A stretch of DNA of 59,315 bases from an uncultured virus (IMG/VR IMGVR_UViG_3300044678_003809) (taxonomy: Duplodnaviria; Heunggongvirae; Uroviricota; Caudoviricetes). Positions within the stretch are counted from its first letter, which is position 1. Every line of letters starts with the position of its first letter. A model generated the notes under the pieces. It was not told the DNA's origin. It saw nothing but the letters and a program-made list of their open reading frames with translations, and ran no database searches. The stretch lies in IMG/VR virus record IMGVR_UViG_3300044678_003809, one strand, 5' to 3'. Position numbers and translations under genes: made by a program. Shown in pieces: positions 33,444-43,577 of this stretch.

Positions 33444-34234
33444 AAGTAGCGCCCGGGTGAGAGCAAGTGCTCGAACCACATCACCCAGGGGCTCTGCGAG
33501 TCCGACGGCGACCGGTTCTTGCGACCGTGCAGGGTGTCGTGGGCTTCGATGTCGAAGAGCACGTCGAGCAGGATGAGGTTGCCCTCGGAGTCGGTGCCGA
33601 GGTTGCGATTCTGGAACTCGAAGATGTTGTTCCGGGTCCAGAGATCTGCGAAGTCACTGATGGTCTGCAGGGCCTCGAGCACTGCCTCTGGTACGCCGCC
33701 GTTGGCTCGTGCACAGGCGATCGTGGCCCGACGGGCCTTGTCGCCACGTTTGGCGAGGTCGAAGTCACCGCTGGCGTTGCGGATCTTGTCGATCCCTGTT
33801 TCCCGGCACGCGCGCAGGATCTCTCCGATGGCGAAGGCCTTCGCCACCTTCTTGGTCAGCGGGACACGGTACTTGGGCATCGCGAACAGTTGGGATTTCG
33901 GGGTGTCCCCACAGTAGAAGACGTGTGGTAGGTGGGCATTCTGGATGCCCTTGCGCAGGATCTCCGTCAACAGCGTCTTGCTGTAGTCGAGTTGACGGCC
34001 GTCGATGTTGTGGACTTGGGCGATCACAATCTCGGGGTGTTCGACGAGACTGTATGCAGTCACGAAAGCGCCTTCGCCGATCGGGTGAAGGGTGTACTTC
34101 GCCTTGCTGGGCGTGCGCAGTTGACGAGTGCCCTTCGTGGTGCTGATGGACCATCCGTCCTGCATCTCGTTGGCAAGCTGCGCCAGCACGACGTGGTTGG
34201 GCTGAACGGGTGGTCTCTTCTCGGGCGACGGCAT
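33440..34234 (-). CDS. Atypical protein-kinase-fold protein
   Basis: IGEGAFVTAY Gly-loop, FEFQNRNL catalytic-loop-like segment and LILLD. Confidence 0.6.
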   Translation of the reverse strand: MPSPEKRPPVQPNHVVLAQLANEMQDGWSISTTKGTRQLRTPSKAKYTLHPIGEGAFVTAYSLVEHPEIVIAQVHNIDGRQLDYSKTLLTEILRKGIQNAHLPHVFYCGDTPKSQLFAMPKYRVPLTKKVAKAFAIGEILRACRETGIDKIRNASGDFDLAKRGDKARRATIACARANGGVPEAVLEALQTISDFADLWTRNNIFEFQNRNLGTDSEGNLILLDVLFDIEAHDTLHGRKNRSPSDSQSPWVMWFEHLLSPGRYF

Positions 34235-34312
34235 GATTCCCTCAGGCTTGCGGGGCTGGTTGCCGCGAGTCTATGCTGCATCGCGACCGTGTTCAAACGC
34301 CAGGTGGTGTCC

Positions 34313-36631
34313 ATGCCGACTTTCCGTGACGATGATTGTTGCCCCGATGGCTCCCGGTACCGCGACGGGCTCGCCCCGGGCACGTACATTGGGGCCGTCG
34401 GCGGTTGGTCTGCGCTGTGGTTCATCAAGTGGGTGGACGCACAGAACCCCGAGGGCAGTGAGCGGCGGTGGAAGGTGCTCGGGTATCTCCAAGTCGCCCA
34501 GGCCGTGCTGACGAACGAGGACTGGCCCATCGAAGACGCAGTGTGCGCGCTGCAGTGGGCGGTGCATCACTACCGCCGCTGGGCGTACAGAACAGGTCGG
34601 GTGGGTGACGCCCGCGATGCCCATGACATCGCTCGGTACCTGTACGTCAGTGGTGTCACGGCCGACAAGAAACCGTTTTTGCGCCCAGGGCTCGGAGCCG
34701 ACGAAGAGCGTCGTCGGCGGTACGTTGCGCTGAAGGTGCTCCGCGTGGCGCAGTGTGACGTGGCCCGCTGGCTCGAGCAGCAATCACCGGCCACGCACTC
34801 CGCGATGGCCCTGTCCACCGCGTTCCGCGTCCCGGGGCTGCCGCTCAACTGGCGCACGAACCCGTACGTGCCCGACTGGACGAAGATGCCTTTCGGGTTC
34901 ACGCGGCCCGCCGTCGCGATGGACATGATCAAGGCCGGGATACCGGCGTTCCCGTACGCGTTCAGCAAGAAGGACCCGAACCTGCGCGACTGGCCCGCGA
35001 AGGACGACATCATCGACGATGCCATCGACCTCGTGAAGGACGCGTGGTCTTTCGTGACCGACCGGGCCATGGATGTGTTGACCTGGGTCTGCAACAACCA
35101 GGAGGCCTTCGCGGGGCTCTGTACGGGTCTGGTCGTGCTGAACGAGTGCGTGGGCACGCTGGGCTCGGGTTGCGCCGCCGCTGCGGCCTCCGCGCCCGCG
35201 CAGTACGCCCTCTTCGAGAGGGCCGTCCACACGGGGTGTGGAGCCGTTGCGGGTGCGATGGCCGTGAACATCGCCTGGAACTGGGAGGACAACGTCAAGC
35301 GGATCACGCGGTCCGTGGTCAACAAGGTTGGCATGCCGTCTGCGTTGACGGCTGAGGCTGCCAAGGTCGCGTCGACTGTCGTCCTCATCGAGAACCTGGT
35401 GGTCGACGCCCTGAAGCGCGTCCGAACGCAGGCCACGGGGCTCGTGGAGGACGAACTCGACATGCTATTCGACGCGTTGAACCGCGTGGCCGACACCGCG
35501 GGCTCACGCGACGTGGTCAAGCCACTGCTGGACTTGTTCGCGGACCGCAAGAAGCTCTCGCGGTCCATCATGCAGGCGGTCGAGACCCGGGCCCGCAGCG
35601 TCGTCACGGAATATGTCAAGCTCCGTGTCCAGGCGATGCAGAACAAGTTCTCGACGGGCAAGCGTACGGCGGTCCAGCAGGTCTTCGCCGACATCGAATC
35701 GATCCACCAGGTGGCCGGCGCGCAGAGCAGGCCCCGGGATGCCGCCCGAGCGGCGCTGGAGAAGACCCGGAAAGTGTCGGGCTACGGTGGCATGCCCGCA
35801 ACGGTGTTCTCGCCCCCCGAGCAGGGTGTGCTCGTGTCCGACGCGATCCTCGTCGGCGTCCACCCCGACATCATCAACGAGGTGCTATACCAGACGGGCC
35901 CCGTGAATGGGGGCCGGGGACCATCCCTGAGCACCGCGGCGGTGTTCAACGGACTGCGACAGCAGACCATCGAGGCGCTGAAGACCCGGGGGGTGTACTC
36001 GGTGTACATCCAGGGGGACGATGACCCAGGGGAGGTCCGCAACAGCCGTCTGGCGCTGCGCACCTCGCGGGAGGTCCTCGTCACGCTCACCGCGGAAGAC
36101 CTCGAGGTCGATCCTGGGGTCAGCACTCGACGGCAGTACGTGCCGACGAAGATGTTGGGGCCTGCGGCCAACGGTGAGTACAAGAGTAAGGGGCCGAGCG
36201 TGCCCATGCTGAGTGTGCAGCCCGCGGGTGCTGAACAAGAGTTCGCTGTGGTCACTGCTGACGACATCATGGCGTTCCTGACCGAGATGAAGAAGGACAG
36301 TCCCCGCGCGCTCGTTTCGTTGGTGCGGCTCTACCACACCAGGGCTCTGCAGAACACGGCCAAGTACGCCCAACAGTATGCGTTGCAGCAGACGGCAGAT
36401 CGCATTCGCGCCAAGGCCGATGCGGCGGCACGGTCGGCTGGCACGAAGACCAAGAAGGCCCAAGCCCAAGCGGCCCAAGACGCCGCGGTCCGACGGCGCC
36501 GGGCTGCGGCGCTGCTGGCCTCGGCCAAGAAGGGCTCGGCCAAGAAGGGCTCTGGGCCCTCCACCGGAAAACCGTTTCTGGTGCTTGCAGGGGCGGGGCT
36601 GCTGCTCTGGAAGGGATTGAGCCACGGGTAG
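34313..36631 (+). CDS. Large protein with C-terminal TM anchor
   Basis: ATG 34313. Ala/Lys-rich linker, then PFLVLAGAGLLLWK. Confidence 0.7.
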   Translation: MPTFRDDDCCPDGSRYRDGLAPGTYIGAVGGWSALWFIKWVDAQNPEGSERRWKVLGYLQVAQAVLTNEDWPIEDAVCALQWAVHHYRRWAYRTGRVGDARDAHDIARYLYVSGVTADKKPFLRPGLGADEERRRRYVALKVLRVAQCDVARWLEQQSPATHSAMALSTAFRVPGLPLNWRTNPYVPDWTKMPFGFTRPAVAMDMIKAGIPAFPYAFSKKDPNLRDWPAKDDIIDDAIDLVKDAWSFVTDRAMDVLTWVCNNQEAFAGLCTGLVVLNECVGTLGSGCAAAAASAPAQYALFERAVHTGCGAVAGAMAVNIAWNWEDNVKRITRSVVNKVGMPSALTAEAAKVASTVVLIENLVVDALKRVRTQATGLVEDELDMLFDALNRVADTAGSRDVVKPLLDLFADRKKLSRSIMQAVETRARSVVTEYVKLRVQAMQNKFSTGKRTAVQQVFADIESIHQVAGAQSRPRDAARAALEKTRKVSGYGGMPATVFSPPEQGVLVSDAILVGVHPDIINEVLYQTGPVNGGRGPSLSTAAVFNGLRQQTIEALKTRGVYSVYIQGDDDPGEVRNSRLALRTSREVLVTLTAEDLEVDPGVSTRRQYVPTKMLGPAANGEYKSKGPSVPMLSVQPAGAEQEFAVVTADDIMAFLTEMKKDSPRALVSLVRLYHTRALQNTAKYAQQYALQQTADRIRAKADAAARSAGTKTKKAQAQAAQDAAVRRRRAAALLASAKKGSAKKGSGPSTGKPFLVLAGAGLLLWKGLSHG

Positions 36632-36665
36632 CACTGCGTTATGGTTGCCGCGAATGGAGAGCACC

Positions 36666-38678
36666 ATGAGCGACAAGACCCTGACCTTGGTGTCTGCAAG
36701 TGAACAGGAGCCGTTCGGAGACACCTACGCGAACGCGTACTTCCACGACACGTTCCGACTCGCAGGGACGCCACTGCCTCCCGAGCACGAACAGCCCTGG
36801 CAGTTCGTGGTCGACTCGGATGGGATGCCGCTGGGGATGTCGACGTGTGGTCGCAGCGGGAACCACGTCACGTCGACCATCGCCGTGAACAAGTGGGCGG
36901 CCAAGGGGACTCGAGGGCGCGCCGTGGAGCGGATGTTGCGCGAGGGGCTGCCCCCCGGCGAGGTGACGGGCCCCGCGAAGGCCACGCGGCACAACCCCGA
37001 CGCCCACCAGGTCAAGGTCGAGAAGCTCCTGCGGTGCAATCCCATCGCTCAGGGGACGCAGCCCGACCTGTTCGAGGCCTCGGACACCACCGTGTCGATT
37101 CCGTGGCAGCACGCGACGCCCGAACTGCTGGTCGAGGCCGCCGAGGCGAACGCCCTGCCGTGGTCGGACCTGGCGGAGATCGACGACTACGTCGCCGAGC
37201 TGGAGTTGTGCAGCCTCCACGGTGGGGAGCCTCGCATGGTCCAGCAGCAGTACGGAGTCACGGACGCGCTCGCCGCGGTGCTCGATGAGAACTTCCTCGG
37301 GCTCCTGCACGACCTCAAGAAGTCGGTCGCCCTCGTCGATGTGAACGACGCCGAGTCCGCCGAAGAGGTACAGCGCGAGTTGGCCGCCGGCAACCCGTAC
37401 CTGCTCGACAGCATGCGCGAGGCTCTGGACGAGATCGTACACGAGTGGGAGAAGTCCAGTGATGCTTGGGGCGAAGATGAGCTACCCGACGTCGATGACA
37501 TCATCCTGAGCGAAAACTTCCGAGACGCTCTGATCGCCGAGATCGACCGTGTTGATCTCCGTGCTTCCGTCTGGCTCGTAGACCAAGAGTTGGCGGCTGA
37601 GGCGCAACGCGTTCGGAAAGCGCATGGGTGCTCGTTCGCTGTGACGACGGACCCGGGACGACACCCCGTCATATGGCGAGGAACGATGGATGCTTCCTAT
37701 TTTTTCCCATCCGACCTCGTGCCCCTCTGGGCCGATGCAGTCCCACCGGAGATGGTGGCTGAATTCTGGTCGAGTCTGGGGACTGTAGAATGGGATGCCG
37801 TTGAGGGTATCCAAGAGAACTTCGGTCATGCGGACGGTGCACACTTCTACGTCGTGTACGCAAGCCCAGGAGACCCGAACGAGTGGGCCGTCGACATGAT
37901 CAGTGCGGCCTACGACGACATGGCGGATGCAGACCCGGAGGGCGCGGCCCAGCAAGTCCTCTCCACGCTACCCGGCAGCCTGAAGTTCCAGATTGCCGAG
38001 GCCAAGCTCTCAACCAAGGAGATCGCGGACTTGGGTCGGTTGCTGTTCGACGGGTCGCATAGCACGGAAGACGACTTCGCGGAGGCCATCATGGAGATCC
38101 GCGAGTACCTCGGCGACCTGACGGCCAAAGCCCCCGACGACCGCCGGGTGCTCGCGGTCGTCGATCGCGAGCAACTCCGCCAGTGGGGCATCACCTCCGG
38201 TGTCCTGTGGGAGGAAGCGCCCTGGTCGCTCATCGTGCTCGCTCCCTCGGAGTTGCGCTACGAGGGCATGCAGATGCGGCACTGCGTCGGCGACAAGGAC
38301 ATGGGCTACATCAAGGCCGTGCGCGAGGGTGACATCGAGATCTGGAGCTTGCGGTCGGCGAATGGGAAGCCGCGGTTCACGCTTGAGGTCGTACCTCGTC
38401 TGTACCGCACACTGCGAATCAAACAGATCAAGGGGAAGGCCAACCGGCACTTCGGGTACGCCTCTGCTCGCGCCGATCGCATCGTGTTCCCAGAAGAGGT
38501 GGTCTTCTGGTGGCATTTGTTGGCGCAACTTGGGATTCCTCCCGAGGACGCGGCTGATTGTGGGGCTTTCGGGGAGGACCAGTTCGCGTCCTTGTGCTCG
38601 GAGTCGTGCAACGAGGACCCCCGCCAGAACCCCCACCGGCGTCCCGTGCGTGACTTCAACACCCCGTGGCGGCCCTGA
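36666..38678 (+). CDS. Polyvalent protein with C-terminal PcfJ-like domain
   Basis: ELRYEGMQMRHCVG...IWSLR...GKPRFTLEV...QIKGKAN. RHNP, RCNP and RQNP junction motifs. Confidence 0.8.
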   Translation: MSDKTLTLVSASEQEPFGDTYANAYFHDTFRLAGTPLPPEHEQPWQFVVDSDGMPLGMSTCGRSGNHVTSTIAVNKWAAKGTRGRAVERMLREGLPPGEVTGPAKATRHNPDAHQVKVEKLLRCNPIAQGTQPDLFEASDTTVSIPWQHATPELLVEAAEANALPWSDLAEIDDYVAELELCSLHGGEPRMVQQQYGVTDALAAVLDENFLGLLHDLKKSVALVDVNDAESAEEVQRELAAGNPYLLDSMREALDEIVHEWEKSSDAWGEDELPDVDDIILSENFRDALIAEIDRVDLRASVWLVDQELAAEAQRVRKAHGCSFAVTTDPGRHPVIWRGTMDASYFFPSDLVPLWADAVPPEMVAEFWSSLGTVEWDAVEGIQENFGHADGAHFYVVYASPGDPNEWAVDMISAAYDDMADADPEGAAQQVLSTLPGSLKFQIAEAKLSTKEIADLGRLLFDGSHSTEDDFAEAIMEIREYLGDLTAKAPDDRRVLAVVDREQLRQWGITSGVLWEEAPWSLIVLAPSELRYEGMQMRHCVGDKDMGYIKAVREGDIEIWSLRSANGKPRFTLEVVPRLYRTLRIKQIKGKANRHFGYASARADRIVFPEEVVFWWHLLAQLGIPPEDAADCGAFGEDQFASLCSESCNEDPRQNPHRRPVRDFNTPWRP

Positions 38679-39133
38679 TGCGCATCCTGTTCGTGGACGA
38701 CGACGCCTCGCGCTACCACGCGCTGCTGCGCATGCTGTGGTCGGCGCGCGTGGGCGCAGACGTGACGCACCGGGCATCCGCCGAGCAGGTGACGGACACC
38801 GATCTCTTGGAGGCCGAGGTCGTCATGCTCGACCACGACCTCTGCAACGCCCACTACATCCCTGAGGCGAGGTTCCGATGTGACCGCGTGGACACCGACG
38901 GCCGATGCCTGCACGGCACGGGCGCGGACGTGGCGAGACGGATCGCCGACTTGCCGCTCCAGGCCCATCAGGGCTTCATCGTCCACAGCCTGAACGTCGA
39001 GGGCTCGGCGAACATCATCCGCATCCTCGCGGGCAGCCGTCGCCGATGCCTGAGCCGCTGTTACGACCGCTGGGGGCGCTTCATCGGTCCCGAGTTCGTG
39101 CGGTGGCTCGGCCTTCCCCAGCGAGTCGCCTGA
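38678..39133 (+). CDS. Cyclic-phosphate-processing receiver-like domain protein
   Basis: ILFVDDD, LDHDL, TG.DVA and IVHSLN. Confidence 0.8.
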   Translation: MRILFVDDDASRYHALLRMLWSARVGADVTHRASAEQVTDTDLLEAEVVMLDHDLCNAHYIPEARFRCDRVDTDGRCLHGTGADVARRIADLPLQAHQGFIVHSLNVEGSANIIRILAGSRRRCLSRCYDRWGRFIGPEFVRWLGLPQRVA

Positions 39134-39149
39134 GCGTCAGGAGCCCTCC

Positions 39150-40418
39150 ATGCACGTCACTCCTCTGTTGCAAGCCATCCTCGACAACCCCGAGTTCGTC
39201 CGGTGGTGCGAGGGCCTGCCCGTGTTCCTTCCCGGGGAGGAGCCCAACTTTCGACGCGGATTCGTGACGGTCGCCTACCACGGCACGTTCGTGGAGGGCA
39301 TCGAGTCCTTCCGAGGGGGCTACGACACCACCCGTGAAGACGATGATGCCGAGGGCGACGAGGTGATCGGCAGTTCCGGCGACCCGAACACGTACCTCGG
39401 GGCGCACTTCACGCTCGACCCAACGGTGGCGGACTTGTTCGCCGGTGTCGGAAGTCCCCCCCGCTGGCTCAAGATGCGCCACGACGCTCTGAGGCGCCAG
39501 GGGTCCTACGGTAGCGTCTACCCCGTCTTCATCAAGGTCCGAAACCCGAAGTGGATGGTCGAGTCCGAGCTGACGGTGTTGTGCTTCTCACAGGACATGC
39601 CGTCTACCCACGACTACATGGTCGATGCGGAATTGCAAGCGTGGGCGGAGATCCACGATCTTTCCGAGGACACAGCTTTCCTCAGGTACGAACAAGACCG
39701 GGGTTTCCGAGCCGGTGTCAACGCGGGCGTCGTACAAGTGGTGACGGATAGCGAGGACGGTCTTCTAGAGCGCGAGGCCATCCTCGAGCACCTGGGCACC
39801 CAGGCCAAGCAGGTGCTGCTCGACGAAGGCCACGACGGCGTCGTCTACTACAACGAGGTCGAGGGCGGGCACGCCGTGATCGTGTTCGACCCCAGCCAGG
39901 TCAAGAGCTGGTTCAACACGGGTCGCTTCGATCCCGAAGTGCCCGACATCCGCGCCAACACCACCCACCCGTACTCGAGGTCCCCCATGCCCCACCGCCA
40001 CAACGCGCCGCCCACCGTCCTCGATCCCCAGGGCCACGATCCCCTTCGGCTGTACCGGGCCGACGACGAGCAGGGGATGCTGGAGGCCTTCCACCACAGC
40101 GCCGATTATCGCTTCGGCCACGGGTACTACTTCACGCCCGATCCTGAGGTGGCGGGGGCACCCAGAGACGAGGGCCCGTTCCACCTGACGATGGAGAACC
40201 CGCTGGTCATCGACGCGGACGAGCACCCCGAGGACGACATCCCCGTGGAGACCCGGCGAGCGGTCAACTACAAGCACCTCCACGCCATCGTCGAGGAGGT
40301 CGCGAACGAGGGGGTCCACGACGGGGTCATCGTGACCAACGTGCGCCTCGACGACGGTGACCTGACCGACGTGTATATCGTTTTCGACGAGGCCCAAGCG
40401 GTCCTCGCCGACGGGTAG
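39150..40418 (+). CDS. Tandem ADP-ribosyltransferase-like (ART-PolyVal) domains
   Basis: YHGT..G.HFT..NP..HDGVVY..VFDPSQVKS, and a second domain LYR..GYYFT..ENP..HDGVIV. Confidence 0.8.
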   Translation: MHVTPLLQAILDNPEFVRWCEGLPVFLPGEEPNFRRGFVTVAYHGTFVEGIESFRGGYDTTREDDDAEGDEVIGSSGDPNTYLGAHFTLDPTVADLFAGVGSPPRWLKMRHDALRRQGSYGSVYPVFIKVRNPKWMVESELTVLCFSQDMPSTHDYMVDAELQAWAEIHDLSEDTAFLRYEQDRGFRAGVNAGVVQVVTDSEDGLLEREAILEHLGTQAKQVLLDEGHDGVVYYNEVEGGHAVIVFDPSQVKSWFNTGRFDPEVPDIRANTTHPYSRSPMPHRHNAPPTVLDPQGHDPLRLYRADDEQGMLEAFHHSADYRFGHGYYFTPDPEVAGAPRDEGPFHLTMENPLVIDADEHPEDDIPVETRRAVNYKHLHAIVEEVANEGVHDGVIVTNVRLDDGDLTDVYIVFDEAQAVLADG

Positions 40419-40471
40419 CCTCTTCCCAAAGCGCGCGGCGGTGTGGATACTGGCCTCGAAAGAGGAAAGCC

Positions 40472-41533
40472 ATGCCCCGCAGACGGCCCGCGCCCCCCCG
40501 ACCGACCAACCCCGTCACGGAGACGGACGCCTTCCTGCGGTGGTTCGGCAACTCCCGGGTGGTCGACGCCCACGGACAGCCCCTGGTGGTCTACCACGGG
40601 ACACCTGACGCCCGGGGCATCTACCTTGCCGACGTCTCGCGCAACGGCCGTCTGGGCTTCCAGCCGAGCGAGTGGAAGCCCTCGGCGTCCTTCTACGCGT
40701 CGGACAGCCCGCGAGTCGCCCGGACCTACGCGGACGACACCCGGGCCTGGGACTACCAAGCCGCCGAGCCGCTGGTGATGCCCTTGTACTTGCGCATCGA
40801 GAACCCGATGGTCATCGACGCCCAGGGCCGCGAGTGGGCCGACACCGAGGTCCACGTCGACCGAGCGCGGCGCGCGGGGCACGACGGGCTCATCATCCGC
40901 AACAGCGTCGATGATTACAGAACCACGAAGCACAGCAAGCCGTCGACCGTGTACGTGTGGTTCGACGCGAATCAGGCGAAGTCGGCGGCCACCACGACGG
41001 CGGTGTCCATGTTCGACCACAAGCCGCTCCCCTGGGCCACCCCCAACGATGGAAGTTTCGACATGAACGACCCCGACATCCGCAGCAACCGGTCCTACCG
41101 GCGCAACGCGAACCCCGCGCCGTACCGGCGCGCGATCCTCGTGATGCCCTTTCTGCCCAAGTGGGAAGGCGCCAACCCCGAGCAGACCCTCCACCTGTTC
41201 TACGTCGAGGGCGGCTTGCTCGACGAGGCGGGGGAGCGGCAGGAGTGGATCATCGCCTCCACCGTCCCCACCAACCGGGATGAGAAGATCTGGGTGCCGA
41301 CCACGATGCTGTGGGCCGCCAACCCCGACGGGACGGATAAGACCCCGCCTCCGGGCCGTCGGCAAGCCCCGTCGATCCTCCGGGGCCACGTCGAGACGCT
41401 CGATGTGCGTGCCGTGTTCCAGCAATTCGGCCTGGTCTTTCAGGACCGGCTGATGGCGGTGCCGGACGAGCCCCGGGTTGCTCCCCAGGCCGCCCCTCAG
41501 AAACCGTGGCATCGGCGTTGGCTCGGGATGTGA
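40472..41533 (+). CDS. ART-PolyVal domain plus C-terminal unknown domain
   Basis: FLRWFGNSRVVDAHGQPLVVYHGT...HDGLIIRN...QAKS. Confidence 0.85.
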   Translation: MPRRRPAPPRPTNPVTETDAFLRWFGNSRVVDAHGQPLVVYHGTPDARGIYLADVSRNGRLGFQPSEWKPSASFYASDSPRVARTYADDTRAWDYQAAEPLVMPLYLRIENPMVIDAQGREWADTEVHVDRARRAGHDGLIIRNSVDDYRTTKHSKPSTVYVWFDANQAKSAATTTAVSMFDHKPLPWATPNDGSFDMNDPDIRSNRSYRRNANPAPYRRAILVMPFLPKWEGANPEQTLHLFYVEGGLLDEAGERQEWIIASTVPTNRDEKIWVPTTMLWAANPDGTDKTPPPGRRQAPSILRGHVETLDVRAVFQQFGLVFQDRLMAVPDEPRVAPQAAPQKPWHRRWLGM

Positions 41534-41541
41534 GGACGGCC

Positions 41542-42030
41542 ATGCCTCGCCGACGGTCCGCGCCCAACGATGGGAGCTTCGACATGCACGACCCCCGCAT
41601 CCGCAACAACCGGTCCTACCGACACAACGCCACCCCCGAGCCGGTCAAGCGCGCGGTCCTCGTGGCCCCGTTCCTGCGGGTTCCAGATCCGCTCCCCGGT
41701 CAGGTCTTCCACCTGTTCTACGTCGAGGGTGGCCTGCTCGATCACCGTGGGCAGTTGCAGGAATGGATCGTGTCCTCGTCGATTCCGCCCGACCCGGAAG
41801 AGCGTCGTTGGTACCCGAGCACGTTGCTCTTTGCGGCCCGCCCCGACGGGACTAAGAAACTGGACAGCACGCAGATCGAGAGTCCGGTTGAGCGAACGGC
41901 AAACGTCCGAGAGGTGTTCGAGGCCCTGGGGGTGATCTTCCAAGACCGGCTCGTGGCACAGCCGACTGCACTGCCCCGCGCACCTGCGACGCCCTCGAAG
42001 CGTGGCTGGAACTTCTGGAACCGTAGGTGA
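41542..42030 (+). CDS. Paralogue of the preceding gene lacking the ART domain
   Basis: Shares MPRRR, PNDGSFDM.DP.IR.NRSYR.NA, HLFYVEGGLLD and VFQDRL-like segments. Confidence 0.8.
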   Translation: MPRRRSAPNDGSFDMHDPRIRNNRSYRHNATPEPVKRAVLVAPFLRVPDPLPGQVFHLFYVEGGLLDHRGQLQEWIVSSSIPPDPEERRWYPSTLLFAARPDGTKKLDSTQIESPVERTANVREVFEALGVIFQDRLVAQPTALPRAPATPSKRGWNFWNRR

Positions 42031-43577
42031 GCGACATGGTGTCGGCGCTCTACGTGGAGACCAACGGGTGTTACTTTGGGTTGGCCGATGTCGATCCGTG
42101 GGATGTCCAGCGTGATGCCCGACGCTTCCGTGGCCCCGGGCCCGTCGTGGCCCACCCGCCGTGCGAGCGGTGGGGACGGTACTCCGAGGGCGGGCCGAGC
42201 CACCACGGGCGGTTCCGCACGGGGGACGATGGCGGCTGCTTTCACGCGGCCTTGGCGGCCGTCCTCGAGCACGGTGGCGTGCTCGAGCACCCCGAGGCGA
42301 GCAAGGCCTGGGACGCCTACGGGATCGTCAAGCCGCCACGCACCGGCGGCTGGGTGCGCCAAGGCGACCAAGTGTGGACCTGCTGCGTCTACCAAGCGCA
42401 GTACGGCCACCTGGCGCCGAAGGCGACCTGGCTGCTGTACTCCTCCCCGAGCGGCATCGAGCCCCCCGAACTGCGCTGGGGCTTCAAGGAGTCCGCGCTC
42501 CCTCCCTCGGGCAGCGAGAAGCTCAGGACCCGCGGGGAGCGAACAGCGAACGACGCCATCGAGCGTATGGGCAAGCGGCAGCGACAGGCGACCCCGCCGC
42601 CGTTCCGCGACCTCCTGCTCGGCCTGGCGAGGCACGCCGTGGGGGGTCGCCCCCCCCGGGGGCAAGAGCCGCGCAGCAACAGCGTCCCCGCGACCGATGT
42701 GGAGGCCCTCGTCGTTGTCCACCCCTCATCGATCGAGGCCTACATCGACACCCTCCGCTCCGACGGGTGTGACGTGGCCCAGGGGGAGGAGTTGCTGTTC
42801 AACATCGCGCTGACGGTCCAGGGGCACAAGGGGCCCGTGATCTGGATCGACCAGGGCTGGGACGGTCGGCACATCGGGCTGCTGCGCCGCGAGGTCGCCG
42901 GTGTCGCGAAGCACGAGATCCACTTCGACGAGGCCGAGGAGCCGTGGGCCCGGCTGTGGCCCAAGCTCCGTCGGGCGCTGCGCTCCGTGGGAGCAACCCG
43001 GGCTCTCGTGGCGGGTCTGTGGTGGGGTGAGAACAGCGGCTGCGCCAAGAACGTCTTCGACTGGCTGCAGCGACAGGGCATGCCCGTCGAGCCCGTCGAA
43101 GACGCGCTGGGCTATGAAGGAGACTGCGAGCCCATGGAAGACGACACGGGTGAACGTCCGAACGGCCGCGCCCGCTGGGGATCGCGAGGTGCAGGGGCGC
43201 TGTTCTACAGCCTCGAGACGAAACGCATCCTCCTCGGGCTGCGCTCCGACCACGTCATGGAGCCCGGGACCTGGGGGGGCTTCGGCGGCAAGATCGACGA
43301 CGACGACGTCGACCCGCTCGACGCCATGCTGCGCGAGGTCAGCGAGGAGACGGAGTACAACGCCGAGGACATGCTCGCGGCCGAGTTGCTCTGGGTCTAC
43401 GAGAAGCCGGACTTCCGCTACTACAACTACCTGGTGGTGGTCCGCGAGGAGTTCGAGCCGGTCCTCAACTGGGAGAATGAGGCGGCCGAGTGGTTCGATC
43501 CACGCCACCTGCCCAAGCCCCTGCACTACGGCCTCAAGGCGCTCCTGCCCCACCTGCGAGCGCACCTTGGGCTGTGA
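42027..43577 (+). CDS. Fusion of a C5-cytosine-MTase-like domain, an unknown domain and a NUDIX hydrolase
   Basis: AHPPC...VLEHP...KATWL, and the NUDIX box GGKID....LDAMLREVSEET. Junctions at RSNS and RPNG. Confidence 0.75.
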   Translation: MSDMVSALYVETNGCYFGLADVDPWDVQRDARRFRGPGPVVAHPPCERWGRYSEGGPSHHGRFRTGDDGGCFHAALAAVLEHGGVLEHPEASKAWDAYGIVKPPRTGGWVRQGDQVWTCCVYQAQYGHLAPKATWLLYSSPSGIEPPELRWGFKESALPPSGSEKLRTRGERTANDAIERMGKRQRQATPPPFRDLLLGLARHAVGGRPPRGQEPRSNSVPATDVEALVVVHPSSIEAYIDTLRSDGCDVAQGEELLFNIALTVQGHKGPVIWIDQGWDGRHIGLLRREVAGVAKHEIHFDEAEEPWARLWPKLRRALRSVGATRALVAGLWWGENSGCAKNVFDWLQRQGMPVEPVEDALGYEGDCEPMEDDTGERPNGRARWGSRGAGALFYSLETKRILLGLRSDHVMEPGTWGGFGGKIDDDDVDPLDAMLREVSEETEYNAEDMLAAELLWVYEKPDFRYYNYLVVVREEFEPVLNWENEAAEWFDPRHLPKPLHYGLKALLPHLRAHLGL

